Positions 8,499-17,166 of a stretch of 61,620 bases of DNA are shown piece after piece (position 1 is the first letter of the stretch; each line of letters opens with the position of its first letter). A program made the position numbers and the translations under genes. Location of the stretch: positions 1 to 61,620 of the forward strand of contig CAUZEO010000003.1 in the NCBI GenBank assembly GCA_963578625.1. The letters are read 5' to 3'. This DNA comes from Kiritimatiellia bacterium (GTDB lineage Bacteria > Verrucomicrobiota > Kiritimatiellia > SLOV01). The notes beneath the pieces were generated by a model. The model ran no database searches and was not told where the DNA came from. It saw only the letters and a list, made by a program, of their open reading frames with translations.

Positions 8499-9296
8499 AT
8501 GCCGAAGCTATCCAGAACGCAGACGCCACCAGCCCGGTGTTTCTCCAGAGCGTTCACGCTCATCGAACTCCTGGTCGTCATCGCGATTATCAGCGTACTG
8601 GCAACACTGCTGACGCCGGCACTGAAACAGGCGCTTGAGCAAAGCCGTTCGGCCGTATGTAAGACGCATCTGCGCGGCCTTCATCACGCATTGATTTTGT
8701 ATGCGCAAGATCATGACGCGACGCTCCCGCAACGCCATCATCATGCCGGAGACGAAAAGCCGGTCCTGGGGGTGTCGAACGGGATCGACCAGTATCGCTC
8801 CCTTGGCAACGCGGGCTGGGTCGCAGGAGCCGCCGACCAGATTCTGGACGACTACGTCGGCCGCGGGTCCATCGATTCGTTTTTTTGCCCGTCCGACCCA
8901 ACCGCGGGCGAACCAGGCGAACCCCCGGCGAACCGTACCAAGTATTCCTATGCGTGGAACACCCACCTGATCGTCGACTTCGGAAACACGTTCACTCCCC
9001 CGGGCGGCGGCCATCACTTCTGGTCGGCGCAGCCGTTTGAGGTGATCCACCCGCGCACCGCCGTCATCAGCGACCGGAACTTTCTGACCACCACGGTTAT
9101 TTCCGAATTCCAGGAACCGCTTTACGAAGACACGATTCACATCGGCTGGTTCAGCAGCCTCCCCTTCAGCCCCCAGGAACCCGGGTACGCACACCTGGGC
9201 AAGGCCAACATCTCCTTCCTGGACGGGCACATTGAGCCGATGGACCGGAGCGACATCCTTCGCGCCGGCAGCGATTTCTGGTACGGAGGACACTGA
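8499..9296 (+). CDS. Prepilin-type N-terminal cleavage/methylation protein, H-X9-DG class
   Basis: ATG at 8499. [21 protein letters not shown] is a prepilin signal. The C-terminal H-LGKANISFL-DG fits H-X9-DG. Confidence 0.85.
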   Translation: MPKLSRTQTPPARCFSRAFTLIELLVVIAIISVLATLLTPALKQALEQSRSAVCKTHLRGLHHALILYAQDHDATLPQRHHHAGDEKPVLGVSNGIDQYRSLGNAGWVAGAADQILDDYVGRGSIDSFFCPSDPTAGEPGEPPANRTKYSYAWNTHLIVDFGNTFTPPGGGHHFWSAQPFEVIHPRTAVISDRNFLTTTVISEFQEPLYEDTIHIGWFSSLPFSPQEPGYAHLGKANISFLDGHIEPMDRSDILRAGSDFWYGGH

Positions 9297-9304
9297 TCGA
9301 ATCT

Positions 9305-11638
9305 TTGCCCTTCAATCACGGCAAAATCTCTCTCGCTGCGTTAGACATATCTCGTGCGCGTGTTGGTATCTGCCGAGAGGAGGAGTGGCGGGCTCCGTTT
9401 GAGGGGGAAGAGCCCGTCCTGTCCGATGTGCCGTGGCGGGATGCGGCAGGGGAGGGGACGTGCTTCACGATGTCCACGCCGGATGCGGTCGACGGGCTTT
9501 CCGCACGGTACCACTGCGTGATCTATCGCGACCGGCCGATGGCGTTGTTGTGGTGCACGATGAAGAACGAGTCCAACGAAGGCATCAGGCTGGATGCGCT
9601 CCATCTGCTCGAGACTGCCGCCGCGGAGGGTGGCGAACTGAAGCTCCCTTGTCCCGCCGAAGACGCCGTGGTCTTCACCGACAGCGGCTCCTGCCATTTT
9701 GCGGGGGTGAGCCGGCTGTCGGGGGAGTCCTATGACTACGACGAGAAGTGGCTCAACTTCTGTCCGGCACAGAGCCGGGAACGAATGCTCTCGCTCACGA
9801 AAAGGCTGGAGCCGATCGCCGGCGACCAGGCATCACCCAGTGGGGTAATGGTTTTCGCGGGAGGGGATTCTGCACTCCTGCTCGGCGTGATGCCGATGCG
9901 GCGCGCGCTGACCACCGTGCTCTGCCGGGGCGATGAGCAGGGCGTGGAGTACCTGGCCGTTTCCTCTGGTCTCTTCGGGTACGAACTGCCGCCGGGCGCC
10001 CAATACGTGTCGGAGGAATTGCTCGTGGCCGCCTGCCCGGACGGACTGACCGCACTTCGCACCTACGCCGAAATCGGGGCGGCGCTGCGCGACATCCACG
10101 TCACCCTGCCGCCGGAGAGCGTCCCGTCCGGCTGGATCTCCTGGTACGGTTACCGGCTGGAGATGACGGAGGAAAATGTCCTGGCCAACGCGCGCGTGAT
10201 GCGGGACCGATTCCTACCCTACGGAGCCGACGTGATCCAGCTCGATAACGGCTGGCAGCGTGATTCCTGCTCGACCGAATGGCGCGAGACCAACGACCAG
10301 TTTCCGCACGGCCTGGAGTGGCTCGCCCAGGAGGTGGAGCAGTTGGGGCTACGGACCGGGTTCTGGGGCAATCCCATCATGGTTTCCTCGCAGGGGACGT
10401 TTTGCAAAGAGCATCCCGAGCACCTGCTCCGCGACGGCAACGGGAAGGTGGTCGAGGCCGGGGAATGGACCTGGGGCGCTCGGGAGATGATGTACCTGCT
10501 GGACGCGACCCACCCCGCAGCGGTGCGGGCGGTGGCCGACGAGATCCGGTGGCTGCGGGAGACCACCCGCTGCCACTACTGGAAGTTCGATTTCGTCGTC
10601 TTCCTGATGTCGTTGCACCGACAACTCGCATTCGCCGACCGGAACCTGGTGCCCGGCATCGAGACCTACCGGCACGCGGCGAACGAGCTGCGCAAGGTCG
10701 TGGGAGACGATTACATCTACTTCTGCAGCAACTTCATCTACGGCGAATTCGGCATCGGCGACACCACCATGACCGCGCCGGACATCGGGAATCCCTGTTT
10801 CCACAAGGCCCATCATGCCGACCGGCGCCTCTACCAGACGCAGCACTTCCGGCAGAACGCGACCACCATCCTGGCGCGGCACTTTCTCCACCGCCGCCTG
10901 GTCCTGCTCAACCCGGACACGGTTAATATCGGCACGGGGACGCTGCAGGAGGCGCGTCTACGGCTCAGCCTCGTGGCTTTCTCCGGCGGACAGTTCTTCC
11001 TGGGCGACCGATTGCCGGACTACACCGAGGAACGGCTGGACCTCGCGGAAAAAGGAGCGCCGATCTACGGCGAGGCGGCCATTCCCCTCGACCTGTTTGA
11101 TCGGCCCTATCCCGACCACCCCCGCATCTGGCACCTGCCGATCTCTACGGAGTGGGATCAGTGGGACGTGGTCTGCCTGGTCAACATCCAGGAGTCCGGA
11201 AGCATCACGATCGACCTGCAGGATGCATTCCCGGACCGCGGCGACGCGCTCCTCTTCGATTTCTGGGACGAAAGGCCGCTGGGCGCGCTCGGCGAGAACC
11301 CGGCCTTCACCCTCGATGCAACCGAATCGAAGATCCTCTGTCTGCGCAAGCCGCGTCCCCACCCGCACCTGCTCGCCACCAACCTCCACGTAACGCAGGG
11401 CGGGGTCGAGGTGACGCGCCAGGATTGGTCGGCCTCGACGCGGATGCTTGAGCTTGCTTTCGCCCGTCGCCCGGGCGCGCAGGGCAGATTCTGGGTTTGC
11501 CTTCCTCCGGGGTTTGACGCCGGCTTCCGCCTGGAATGCGAAGGAGGAGCGGCGGAACGCATTGACTCCGGCGAGACCACCGTTCAGGTTTCGCTCACGT
11601 TCCATAAGAAAGTGGTAACCTGCACACTGAGATTCTGA
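9305..11638 (+). CDS. GH36-like alpha-galactosidase (melibiase family)
   Basis: GWISWYGYRLEMTEENV, ADVIQLDNGWQ and YWKFDFV are typical of GH36/GH27 barrels. There is no signal peptide. The track start is TTG at 9305, 8 nt after the prepilin stop, so the start is uncertain. Confidence 0.7.
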   Translation: MPFNHGKISLAALDISRARVGICREEEWRAPFEGEEPVLSDVPWRDAAGEGTCFTMSTPDAVDGLSARYHCVIYRDRPMALLWCTMKNESNEGIRLDALHLLETAAAEGGELKLPCPAEDAVVFTDSGSCHFAGVSRLSGESYDYDEKWLNFCPAQSRERMLSLTKRLEPIAGDQASPSGVMVFAGGDSALLLGVMPMRRALTTVLCRGDEQGVEYLAVSSGLFGYELPPGAQYVSEELLVAACPDGLTALRTYAEIGAALRDIHVTLPPESVPSGWISWYGYRLEMTEENVLANARVMRDRFLPYGADVIQLDNGWQRDSCSTEWRETNDQFPHGLEWLAQEVEQLGLRTGFWGNPIMVSSQGTFCKEHPEHLLRDGNGKVVEAGEWTWGAREMMYLLDATHPAAVRAVADEIRWLRETTRCHYWKFDFVVFLMSLHRQLAFADRNLVPGIETYRHAANELRKVVGDDYIYFCSNFIYGEFGIGDTTMTAPDIGNPCFHKAHHADRRLYQTQHFRQNATTILARHFLHRRLVLLNPDTVNIGTGTLQEARLRLSLVAFSGGQFFLGDRLPDYTEERLDLAEKGAPIYGEAAIPLDLFDRPYPDHPRIWHLPISTEWDQWDVVCLVNIQESGSITIDLQDAFPDRGDALLFDFWDERPLGALGENPAFTLDATESKILCLRKPRPHPHLLATNLHVTQGGVEVTRQDWSASTRMLELAFARRPGAQGRFWVCLPPGFDAGFRLECEGGAAERIDSGETTVQVSLTFHKKVVTCTLRF

Positions 11639-11694
11639 TGGAGAAGAAAAGGGGCAGCGTGTACCTTTGGCTCCGGACGATACTCTCTGCTCGG

Positions 11695-12214
11695 CATGCG
11701 CGTACGCCGACAGGCGGCCTTTCTTGACGAGCTGAATCCGCTTGTCCGGATCCACCGGAAAATCGAACACCGTTGCGAGTTTAGTTTCCAGGCCGGGAAA
11801 ACATGGGCTCAGCAGCGTGTCTTTTTTCGCGTAGGTCCGCTTCAGCCGGTAGGAATCCCCGTCGAGAAGAAACACTTCGACCGCAGAGGGATATGGGGTG
11901 ACCAGCCAGACCTCTGCACCCCGCTTCTCGCATACAGCTCCAGTTTTCTGCCGCGGTCGTGCAACAACGTGGAGAACGACAGGATCTCTATCAGCAGGAA
12001 AGGTGGTCCCTCAACGTGCGTTTTCTTGATCTGTTTTGGATCGCACACCACCAGAATATCCGGGGCGCTTCATTGCCTTGAAAAACGCGTACAGTTCAGC
12101 AAAGAAGTCCGCCAGGACTCGCCGGTACCGTTCCTGCGGACTTGGCGTCATTGCATATGCCCCCCCATCAATGACTTACCGGCGCGGGTCATCGTGCCAG
12201 ACCTGAATGGTCAT
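11695..12214 (-). pseudogene. Decayed Uma2-family (DUF820) nuclease-fold gene
   Basis: Pieces in different frames align to the intact copy at 18898..19521: VVCDPKQIKKTHVEGPPFLLIEILS.STLLHDRGRKLELYA, then a frame change, then VFLLDGDSYRLKRTYAKKDTL...FDFPVDP. There is an in-frame TAA at 12176..12178 (WHDDPRR*VIDGGAYAMTP) and an internal deletion before VVCDPKQ. The normal stop is lost. Confidence 0.65.
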
Positions 12215-12357
12215 CCCGCTCGCGGGGGAAATCTTTTGATCTCTTTAGACCGCCCCATGTTCGAAACCTGCCGGTCAAGAGAACATCGATCACGGGATCA
12301 TTTACAGCAGGAACTATTTGTTTTTGTATTTCTTGTTGAACACTCTCGTTTTTCGTC

Positions 12358-15039
12358 ATGCTGGTTTTCATGAATCTGCCGCTCCCGCCAGGTATGTGGA
12401 ATGCAGTCGTCGCGACGGGACTCCTCCTCGCGGTCTTCTCCGCTCCCCCGGCGCATGCGTCTCCCGCACCGGCCTACCACATCTCGATCCACGACCTGCC
12501 GTCCCCCGGGACGGCGGACTATGCGGTATTCGCATCGTGGCTTGCCGCCCATCCGCGGGTCCTTCCCGTCAACTTCCGGCAGATGCCGATTCAGACCCTC
12601 TATCGCGGCAACCTGATGATGGCAATGGCGGGCGGCACCGCTCCCGACCTGGTCCGGGTGTATCACCACGAGGCGAAGGCCTGGATCCGGCACGGATTTC
12701 TGGAACCGCTGGATCCGTATATTTACCGGGACGTCGATGGAGACGACCGCTACACGGACGGAGTCGACGAAGTGATCTGGGAACCCCTGTTGCACATGCC
12801 CCCGCAGGTGCGCGCCTTCATGCAGGAGGACGGCCACTTCTACATCGTCCCCCGGTTTCAGTGGATCCAGTTCCTCCTTTACCGCAAAGATCTCTTTCGC
12901 GAAGCGGGGCTCGATCCGGAGAAGCGAATCGAGACGTTCGACGAGTTGCTGCACGCCGCACGCAAACTGACCGACCCCACTGCGAGCGTTCCCGGCGCGC
13001 GCGCGCCGCACGGCCGGAAGGGAATCGGAATCGCCCCGAACGGCTGGCACTTCCAGGGGTGGCTCTATGCGCACGGGGGCCGATCCATGTTCACCAAAAA
13101 GGTCTGCCTGCATTGCGCGACGCGGAACCGGTTCGAACAGGGCGAGTTCCAGTGGAAATGCCGGTCCTGCGAAAAAAGCCTTGGCGACATTCCGGGAGTT
13201 GAACGCGCCGCACTCAACAGTCCGGAGTCCAACCAGGCCCTTGATCTGTGGATGGACATGCTGTGGGCGCCCTTCACCACCTGCCCGGTCTGCGAGGAGC
13301 CGATCGAGTTGGGCAACGCCAACACGCGCATCGACCTGCCGGCAAAACGAGATTGTCCGCACTGTGACGAACCGGTCCACCTCGACCGGGACGACCAGGT
13401 GATCTACGGCTGTGCCCGCCCCCTCATCGACGAAGACCGTCACTGGCACAACCTCTGGCTCGACGGCGAGATCGCCATGATGACCGACCTGTGGACGTAC
13501 TGGATCGGAGCCGGTCATGTCGACCCGGCCGTGGTCGGGACCATGCCGATGCCCGGCACGGGGGGAAGCGCTTCGGGATATCATTTTTACGGAATCTACC
13601 GGGGCACGAAGGAACGGGAAGGCGGCCCGGACCGGTTGCAGGTCTGCGTCGACCTCATTCTTGATTGCTCTGCCCAATACTTCGTCCCGCAAGACCACCC
13701 GGATTATCTGAAATACGATAAGGAGCGGACCCGGGCTTTGGTGCGCAACGGCCTCTTCCACCTCTGCTCCTACGACGAACTGGTTGCAGCGGATCTCGAG
13801 GAATACGCCGCCGAGATCCCGGAGGGCTCCCGCCGCATGCAGCAACTGATTCGCGACCCCGATCGATATACCTGCGTTCCCATGAGCGAAGGGTACACCC
13901 GCGTGCAGACGGAGATCCTCCAGTACAACCTGCTCAGCCGGATACCCGCCGACCGCGATTTCGATGTGGCTGCGAATCTCGAGCGCGCCAACACGCTGGC
14001 CGACACGCAGGTCTTCATGAAGGAGGAGATCGTCGGGGAAATGGCGCAGCGGTTGCGATGGCCCTTCTTCGGCGGACTCTCCCTGTTCCTGCTCGCCCTG
14101 GGCACATTCGTTTACCGCACGATTCGCCGGGCACGAGTACGGCTGCGTTCCGTGCGGGAACGAAAGATCACTCAGGGCAAGCGATCCGCCGCCCTCGCCC
14201 TGCTCCTGCCGGCCATCCTGCTCGTCCTTGTCTGGGCCTATTACCCCCTGGTTCGCGGCTCGCTGATGGCGTTCCAGGAAGTCCGGCTGCTGGGCGGCTC
14301 GCGCTTTGTGGGCGTCGAGAATTTCATCCGGGTGGTCACCAACCCGATGTTTATGAGCATGGTATCGGCCACGGTTCAGTTCGTGGCGGCCACCCTCCTG
14401 CTGGGATTCTTCGCGCCGGTGATCCTGGCCGTCCTGCTGGCGGAGGCGCGCCGGTTTTCCACCCTCTTCCGCGTCATTTACTACGCGCCCCACCTGTTGG
14501 GGGGTGTGGTGGTGTTGTTTGTCTGGCGCATCTTCTACATGCCGACATCGGAGGGCCTGCTGAATCACCTGATCGGTTTCCTGGGCCTGGGCCCGGTCCG
14601 TTGGCTGGAAGATCCACTCATCAACAAATGGATGCTGGTCATTCCCGGGGTCTGGGCCACCACCGGGGCGGCCTGCCTGATCTACCTTGCCGCCCTGAAA
14701 ACCATCGATGACGAACTGTACGAAGCGGCCGACATGGACGGCGCCGGAGCGCTCCGCAAGGTCATGCACATCACCCTGCCGAGCTTAAAGCCCCTGTTAA
14801 TCATCAATTTCGTGGGCGCGTTCATCGCCGCCTTTCACGGTATGGGCAATGTCCTGGTCCTGACCGGCGGCGCCCACGAAACGAACGTGATCGGCCTGCA
14901 GATCTTCCTGGAGGCGTTCGGGTACCTGCGGTTCGGATCGTCCACCGCCCTGGCGTGGATCCTGGCCAGCGTGCTGATCGGGTTCACCGTGTTCCAGCTG
15001 AACTTTCTCCGCAAGGTCGAGTTCCGGAGAGCCGCCTAG
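12358..15039 (+). CDS. Fusion protein: extracytoplasmic sugar-type solute-binding domain (with Cys-knuckle inserts) + MalF/UgpA-type ABC permease
   Basis: 893 aa. N-terminal signal/anchor (VVATGLLLAVFSAPPAHA) and SBP-like blocks (GTAPDLVRVY, LLYRKDLFREAGLDPEKRIETFDELL, GWLYAHGG). A TM helix (FFGGLSLFLLALGTFVY) and a basic loop follow. The 6-TM permease part carries an EAA-type loop (DELYEAADMDGAGALRKVMHITLPSLKP). The start among ATGs at 12358/12370/12394 is uncertain. Confidence 0.85.
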   Translation: MLVFMNLPLPPGMWNAVVATGLLLAVFSAPPAHASPAPAYHISIHDLPSPGTADYAVFASWLAAHPRVLPVNFRQMPIQTLYRGNLMMAMAGGTAPDLVRVYHHEAKAWIRHGFLEPLDPYIYRDVDGDDRYTDGVDEVIWEPLLHMPPQVRAFMQEDGHFYIVPRFQWIQFLLYRKDLFREAGLDPEKRIETFDELLHAARKLTDPTASVPGARAPHGRKGIGIAPNGWHFQGWLYAHGGRSMFTKKVCLHCATRNRFEQGEFQWKCRSCEKSLGDIPGVERAALNSPESNQALDLWMDMLWAPFTTCPVCEEPIELGNANTRIDLPAKRDCPHCDEPVHLDRDDQVIYGCARPLIDEDRHWHNLWLDGEIAMMTDLWTYWIGAGHVDPAVVGTMPMPGTGGSASGYHFYGIYRGTKEREGGPDRLQVCVDLILDCSAQYFVPQDHPDYLKYDKERTRALVRNGLFHLCSYDELVAADLEEYAAEIPEGSRRMQQLIRDPDRYTCVPMSEGYTRVQTEILQYNLLSRIPADRDFDVAANLERANTLADTQVFMKEEIVGEMAQRLRWPFFGGLSLFLLALGTFVYRTIRRARVRLRSVRERKITQGKRSAALALLLPAILLVLVWAYYPLVRGSLMAFQEVRLLGGSRFVGVENFIRVVTNPMFMSMVSATVQFVAATLLLGFFAPVILAVLLAEARRFSTLFRVIYYAPHLLGGVVVLFVWRIFYMPTSEGLLNHLIGFLGLGPVRWLEDPLINKWMLVIPGVWATTGAACLIYLAALKTIDDELYEAADMDGAGALRKVMHITLPSLKPLLIINFVGAFIAAFHGMGNVLVLTGGAHETNVIGLQIFLEAFGYLRFGSSTALAWILASVLIGFTVFQLNFLRKVEFRRAA
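13105..13365 (+). other. Two CxxC...CxxC zinc-ribbon-like knuckles inserted in the solute-binding domain
   Basis: CLHCATRNRFEQGEFQWKCRSC lies at 13105..13170 and CPVCEEPIELGNANTRIDLPAKRDCPHC at 13282..13365. Both are in frame within 12358..15039. Confidence 0.6.
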
Positions 15040-15053
15040 CGCATCGTAGACTT

Positions 15054-17099
15054 ATGCCCATCCTCTCGACCATCGGCGCCCGGCGCCCGGAACAGATCGC
15101 GCTCCGCGCGGGCATCTACCTCCTCTTGCTCCTGGGCGCCCTGGGCATTGTCTATCCGCTCCTCGTGGTGCTTGGGCAGACCTTTAGCGACCGCTTCGAC
15201 CTGCGGGAGAACGCGGTCGTTCCACGCTATCTCCGGAGTCGAAACGACCTCGCTCTCAAGCGGGTCTTCTCCTCGACCGCGCGCCTCGACCTGCTCGCCA
15301 GCCGTCACCGTCGGAACCAGTGGACCAGCCCGGCCGCGATGCGCTCTGACGCGGACTTTTACGAGTCAAGACCCGGCTTCCTGGAAGCGCTTGGCTACCC
15401 GCAAGAAAGCTGGGAAGCGGTTCTGGCGGACTTTAGTGCGTTCAAGTCCACCGTCGATCCCGCGAACCTGGTGGCCCGGGCGTTCCGGATCGAGGACTAC
15501 TACCGTCCGTTCCTGCGGGATTCGTTCGCCCGGCAGGCGGATCAGTTCATCGCCGAGCGCGCGCAGGGCCGGCCGGACCCGGAGTGGTTTCAGCGGTACG
15601 CGCCGGATGCGGATCGCCGACAGGAGGCCCTGGCGGACCGGGAGGAGCTGGCCCGCATTCTCATGAACCACGAGCTGCGCGGCTTTTATCGAAGCGTCTA
15701 TCACGTGGAACTCATCCAGCCGGGAAACCTGACCGTCCCTTTCTGGCGGCCGGCCCCGCTCCCCAAGGAGCGGATGTGGATCCGGTTCAAGGGAACCCTT
15801 CCGCCCGGGCAGCTCATGATCGTTCCGTCAGACACCTATTGGCATGCGTTTCTCAAGACGAGGTACCGGGAGATCGGCGAGTTGAATACGGCGTGGGGAA
15901 CGGACCACGAAAGATTCTACAGCCTGCGGCTTGCGCTGACGGCGCCCGAAGACCCGCGGATACGCGACGATTGGGATCTGTTCATCGTCACCCGCTGGCC
16001 CCGCAGGCTCCTTGAGGTGCCCCCGGAATTCGCCCCTGCCTGGCGCGCGTTCGTCTCCGGCAGGCTGAACGCTCGCGCCCGGGAGATGGGGATGCCGCCT
16101 TCGTGGGCACTGGAGGAGGCTGCGCAACTTTCGGGGACGGACCTCACGGCCTGGGAGCAGCTCGAACTGCCCCGCCGGATGCCGGAGAACGACGATCTCA
16201 TGCGCTACTGGTGCGAATTCACCGCCTCCGGACAAATCCCGGCCGTGAAGCTGATCCTCGACGCTCCCGAGTTGAACTTCCGTCGCTTCCTACAGCGCAA
16301 GTACGGGGATGTCGCCGGGCTCAACCAATCCTGGGGCACTGCTTTCTCGCGATTCAAAGACGTGTCGCTGCCGCACGTACTCGCCGACTACCTTCCCGTG
16401 CGGAATGAACCGGGACGGTTGCGATGGAGCTTTGCCACCGAGTCGTATCGGCGTGTGATCGAATACCTGTTCGGCAAGGGGCGGGCGGTATGGAACACGT
16501 TCGTCCTGGTCGTGCTTTCGTTGATCTCGGCGCTGACCATCAATCCCATGGCGGCGTACTCCCTGTCGCGCTTTCCCATGAAGAGCTCGCACCGGGTGCT
16601 CATCTTCTTCCTGGTCACCATCGCGTTCCCGGTGGAGGTGGCCATGATTCCAAACTTCCTGCTGCTCCGGGACCTCGGCCTCCTCAACACCTTTGCGGCC
16701 CTGGTGCTGCCCGGGATGGCCAACGGATTTTCCATCTTCCTCCTGAAGGGATTTTTCGATTCGCTCCCCGCGGAGTTGTACGAAGCGGGAGAAATGGACG
16801 GCGCCTCGGAATTCCAGATCTTTCGGATCGTGGCCCTGCCCCTGCTGAAGCCGATCCTGGCCTATATCGGGCTCGGCGCCTTCGTGGCCGCCTACGGGGG
16901 ATTCATGTGGGCGATGATCATCTGTACCGACCCGGAGATGTGGACGCTGATGGTCTGGATATACGATTTCCAGATGTTCCGGCCGGGCAACAACTACATC
17001 CTGGCCGCCACCGTCCTGGTCAGCATCCCACCGCTCCTCGTCTTTCTCATTGCCAACCGGATTATCATGAAAGGCATCGTGATCCCCACCATGGCGTAA
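15054..17099 (+). CDS. MalG/UgpE-type ABC permease with very large TM1-TM2 extracytoplasmic insertion
   Basis: ATG at 15054, 681 aa. TM1 is IALRAGIYLLLLLGALGIVYPLLVV. About 430 non-hydrophobic residues follow. The last 203 aa form a normal permease core (VWNTFVLVVLSLISAL..., EAA loop AELYEAGEMDGASEFQIFRIVALPLLKP). Confidence 0.85.
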   Translation: MPILSTIGARRPEQIALRAGIYLLLLLGALGIVYPLLVVLGQTFSDRFDLRENAVVPRYLRSRNDLALKRVFSSTARLDLLASRHRRNQWTSPAAMRSDADFYESRPGFLEALGYPQESWEAVLADFSAFKSTVDPANLVARAFRIEDYYRPFLRDSFARQADQFIAERAQGRPDPEWFQRYAPDADRRQEALADREELARILMNHELRGFYRSVYHVELIQPGNLTVPFWRPAPLPKERMWIRFKGTLPPGQLMIVPSDTYWHAFLKTRYREIGELNTAWGTDHERFYSLRLALTAPEDPRIRDDWDLFIVTRWPRRLLEVPPEFAPAWRAFVSGRLNARAREMGMPPSWALEEAAQLSGTDLTAWEQLELPRRMPENDDLMRYWCEFTASGQIPAVKLILDAPELNFRRFLQRKYGDVAGLNQSWGTAFSRFKDVSLPHVLADYLPVRNEPGRLRWSFATESYRRVIEYLFGKGRAVWNTFVLVVLSLISALTINPMAAYSLSRFPMKSSHRVLIFFLVTIAFPVEVAMIPNFLLLRDLGLLNTFAALVLPGMANGFSIFLLKGFFDSLPAELYEAGEMDGASEFQIFRIVALPLLKPILAYIGLGAFVAAYGGFMWAMIICTDPEMWTLMVWIYDFQMFRPGNNYILAATVLVSIPPLLVFLIANRIIMKGIVIPTMA

Positions 17100-17104
17100 A
17101 AGAA

Positions 17105-17140
17105 CAGTTTTCCTGTAAAAGAATTTTTGTCGTATAATGG
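17105..17140 (+). promoter_or_regulatory. Candidate sigma70-like promoter (TATAAT at 17133..17138)
   Basis: AT-rich 67-nt spacer between the permease stop and ATG at 17167. It has a perfect TATAAT, but only a weak -35 candidate (TTCCTG) 17 nt upstream. Confidence 0.2.
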
Positions 17141-17166
17141 GAATGTTGAATTGACCACGTACCGAT

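Noticed and set aside
13105-13365. Whether the CxxC pairs mark an inserted transposase, IS element or zinc-finger gene
   Set aside because: They are in frame within a continuous ORF with no flanking repeats. The same insert position is conserved in the diverged paralog, so they are part of the protein rather than a mobile insertion.
12298-14769. 823-aa minus-strand ORF, one of the longest in the track
   Set aside because: It is the antisense shadow of the SBP-permease fusion gene. Its composition is extremely Arg/Gly/Pro/His/Asp-rich with no recognisable motif, while the + strand has clear SBP, TM and EAA-loop features. Long stop-free antisense frames are expected at this G+C.
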